Shown: piece after piece, positions 47,442-48,602 of the stretch
How the letters are laid out: every line of letters starts with the position of its first letter
Position numbering within the stretch: the stretch's first letter is position 1
NCBI GenBank assembly: GCA_031364505.1
Contig: JANLWK010000085.1
Coordinates: 1 to 48,602, forward strand
Length of the DNA stretch: 48,602 bases
From: Candidatus Eiseniibacteriota bacterium
Lineage (GTDB): Bacteria > Eisenbacteria > RBG-16-71-46
Direction of reading: 5' to 3'
Made by a program: the position numbers and the translations under genes
The notes under the pieces: model-generated
Databases searched by the model: none
What the model was told of the DNA's origin: nothing
Seen by the model: only the letters and a program-made list of their open reading frames with translations

Positions 47442-48602
47442 ATGCCGCTGACCGCAGGCACTCACTTGGGCCCCTACGAGATCCTCGCCCCGCTCGGCGC
47501 GGGGGGCATGGGCGAGGTGTACCGTGCGCGCGACCCCAAGCTCGGGCGTGAAGTCGCCATTAAGGTTTTGCCCACCGAGTCGCTGCACGACGAAACGGCA
47601 CGCGCTCGGCTGCTGCGTGAAGCGCGGCTCGCAGCGACGCTCAACCACCCGAACATCTGCACCATGCATGAGGTGGGCGAGGCCGATGGGCACGTCTACC
47701 TCGCGATGGAGCTGATCGAGGGCCGGCCGCTGAGCGACATGATCGCCGAGCGCCCCACGGGCCTTCCCATCGAGAACGTAACGCGCTACGGAGCGCAGAT
47801 CGCATCGGCCCTGGCGCACGCGCATGAGCGGCACGTGATCCACCGCGATCTCAAGAGTTCGAACGTGGTGGTCACGGCGGACGGACGGGTGAAGGTGCTG
47901 GACTTCGGCGTCGCGCGTCGCGCCTGCGAGGCGCCAAATGAAAGTGACCCCGCAATGAGCATTGCGCTCACCGAGACCGGCGCGGTCGTCGGGACGCCAC
48001 ACTATCTCGCGCCGGAAGTGTTGCGCGGGGGAGTGGCGGATGAGCGGAGCGACCTGTGGGCGCTGGGGGTGCTGCTGCACGAGATGGCGAGCGGGACTCT
48101 TCCGTTCAGGGGAACGACCAGCTTCGAGCTGGCGTCGGCGATCATGAACGACATCCCGGCGACGCTACCAGATCGCGTGCCGGCGGGGCTGAAGGCGGTA
48201 GCCGGGCGGTGCCTGTCGAAGGAGCCCGGGGAGCGCTACCAGCGAGCCAGCGAGGTGCGCGCGGCGCTTGAAGCCTTGCAATCGGGAGAATCGGCAACCA
48301 CCGCGGCTCCCGCAATCAAAGCGTCGCGAGTTCTACCGGTCGCGATGACGGTGCTGGTGCTGGCGCTGGCCACAGCGATCGTGGTGGGCTGGTATGTGCG
48401 TCGGCAGTCGGCGGCTCCTCCCGAAATCAAGCAGCGGCAACTGACCTCGAACCCCGCCGGTAACCCGGTGTTCACGGGATATATCTCGCCTGACGGCAAG
48501 ACTCTGGCAATCGTGGACCGCAGCGGTCTTTCGTTTCGTTCCATCGAGAGCGGCGAGAGCCATCCCATCGAACTCCCAGCGGGGTTGACGCTCGACTATC
48601 CG
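47442..48602 (+). CDS. Ser/Thr protein kinase with TM helix and start of a beta-propeller, 3' end outside window
   Basis: MPLTAGTHLGPYEILAPLGAGGMGEVY, HRDLKSSN, DFG, YLAPE, TM helix, QLTSNP..ISPDGK; absent from the ORF track because it has no stop in the window. Confidence 0.88.
   Translation, partial: MPLTAGTHLGPYEILAPLGAGGMGEVYRARDPKLGREVAIKVLPTESLHDETARARLLREARLAATLNHPNICTMHEVGEADGHVYLAMELIEGRPLSDMIAERPTGLPIENVTRYGAQIASALAHAHERHVIHRDLKSSNVVVTADGRVKVLDFGVARRACEAPNESDPAMSIALTETGAVVGTPHYLAPEVLRGGVADERSDLWALGVLLHEMASGTLPFRGTTSFELASAIMNDIPATLPDRVPAGLKAVAGRCLSKEPGERYQRASEVRAALEALQSGESATTAAPAIKASRVLPVAMTVLVLALATAIVVGWYVRRQSAAPPEIKQRQLTSNPAGNPVFTGYISPDGKTLAIVDRSGLSFRSIESGESHPIELPAGLTLDYP

Noticed and set aside
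25241-48602. Diversity-generating retroelement acting on the kinases
   Set aside because: No reverse transcriptase and no template/variable repeat pair with adenine-specific differences was seen.

Overview
GC-rich bacterial accessory region. A FlgD/T9SS-like C-terminal domain, a YRGTS-x-FVPGP-x-NL secreted-protein remnant and a large Ser/Thr kinase expansion suggest a Candidatus Eisenbacteria/Krumholzibacteria-like genome (inference only). The left half (1-25 kb) is a patchwork of intact genes and short gene remnants. It includes two DUF1801 genes, type II NADH dehydrogenase, a GYD protein, a translationally coupled operon (chorismate mutase-DAHP synthase / cmoA / LmtA-like membrane methyltransferase, no cmoB), a CheB-CheR-PAS hybrid kinase broken by one in-frame TAG, a CopB-type ATPase and a CarH/LitR-like regulator with a divergent lipocalin cluster. 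The right half (25-48.6 kb) is a co-oriented array of six Ser/Thr kinase genes (one cut by the window end) plus two remnants, nearly all with a leaderless-type -10 box 6 nt before the ATG. It is punctuated by four copies of the 5' half of tRNA-Arg(CCT) cut at the anticodon loop. Three are followed by a conserved ~190-bp arm with 11-bp-period repeats, and one is preceded by a decayed tyrosine-recombinase C-terminus. The two best candidates for new biology are (i) a carboxy-SAM pathway apparently feeding a membrane-lipid modifying enzyme and (ii) a tRNA-anchored, cassette-like tandem array of 3-4 kb single-gene units. Family assignments are from motif recognition; no database searches were run.
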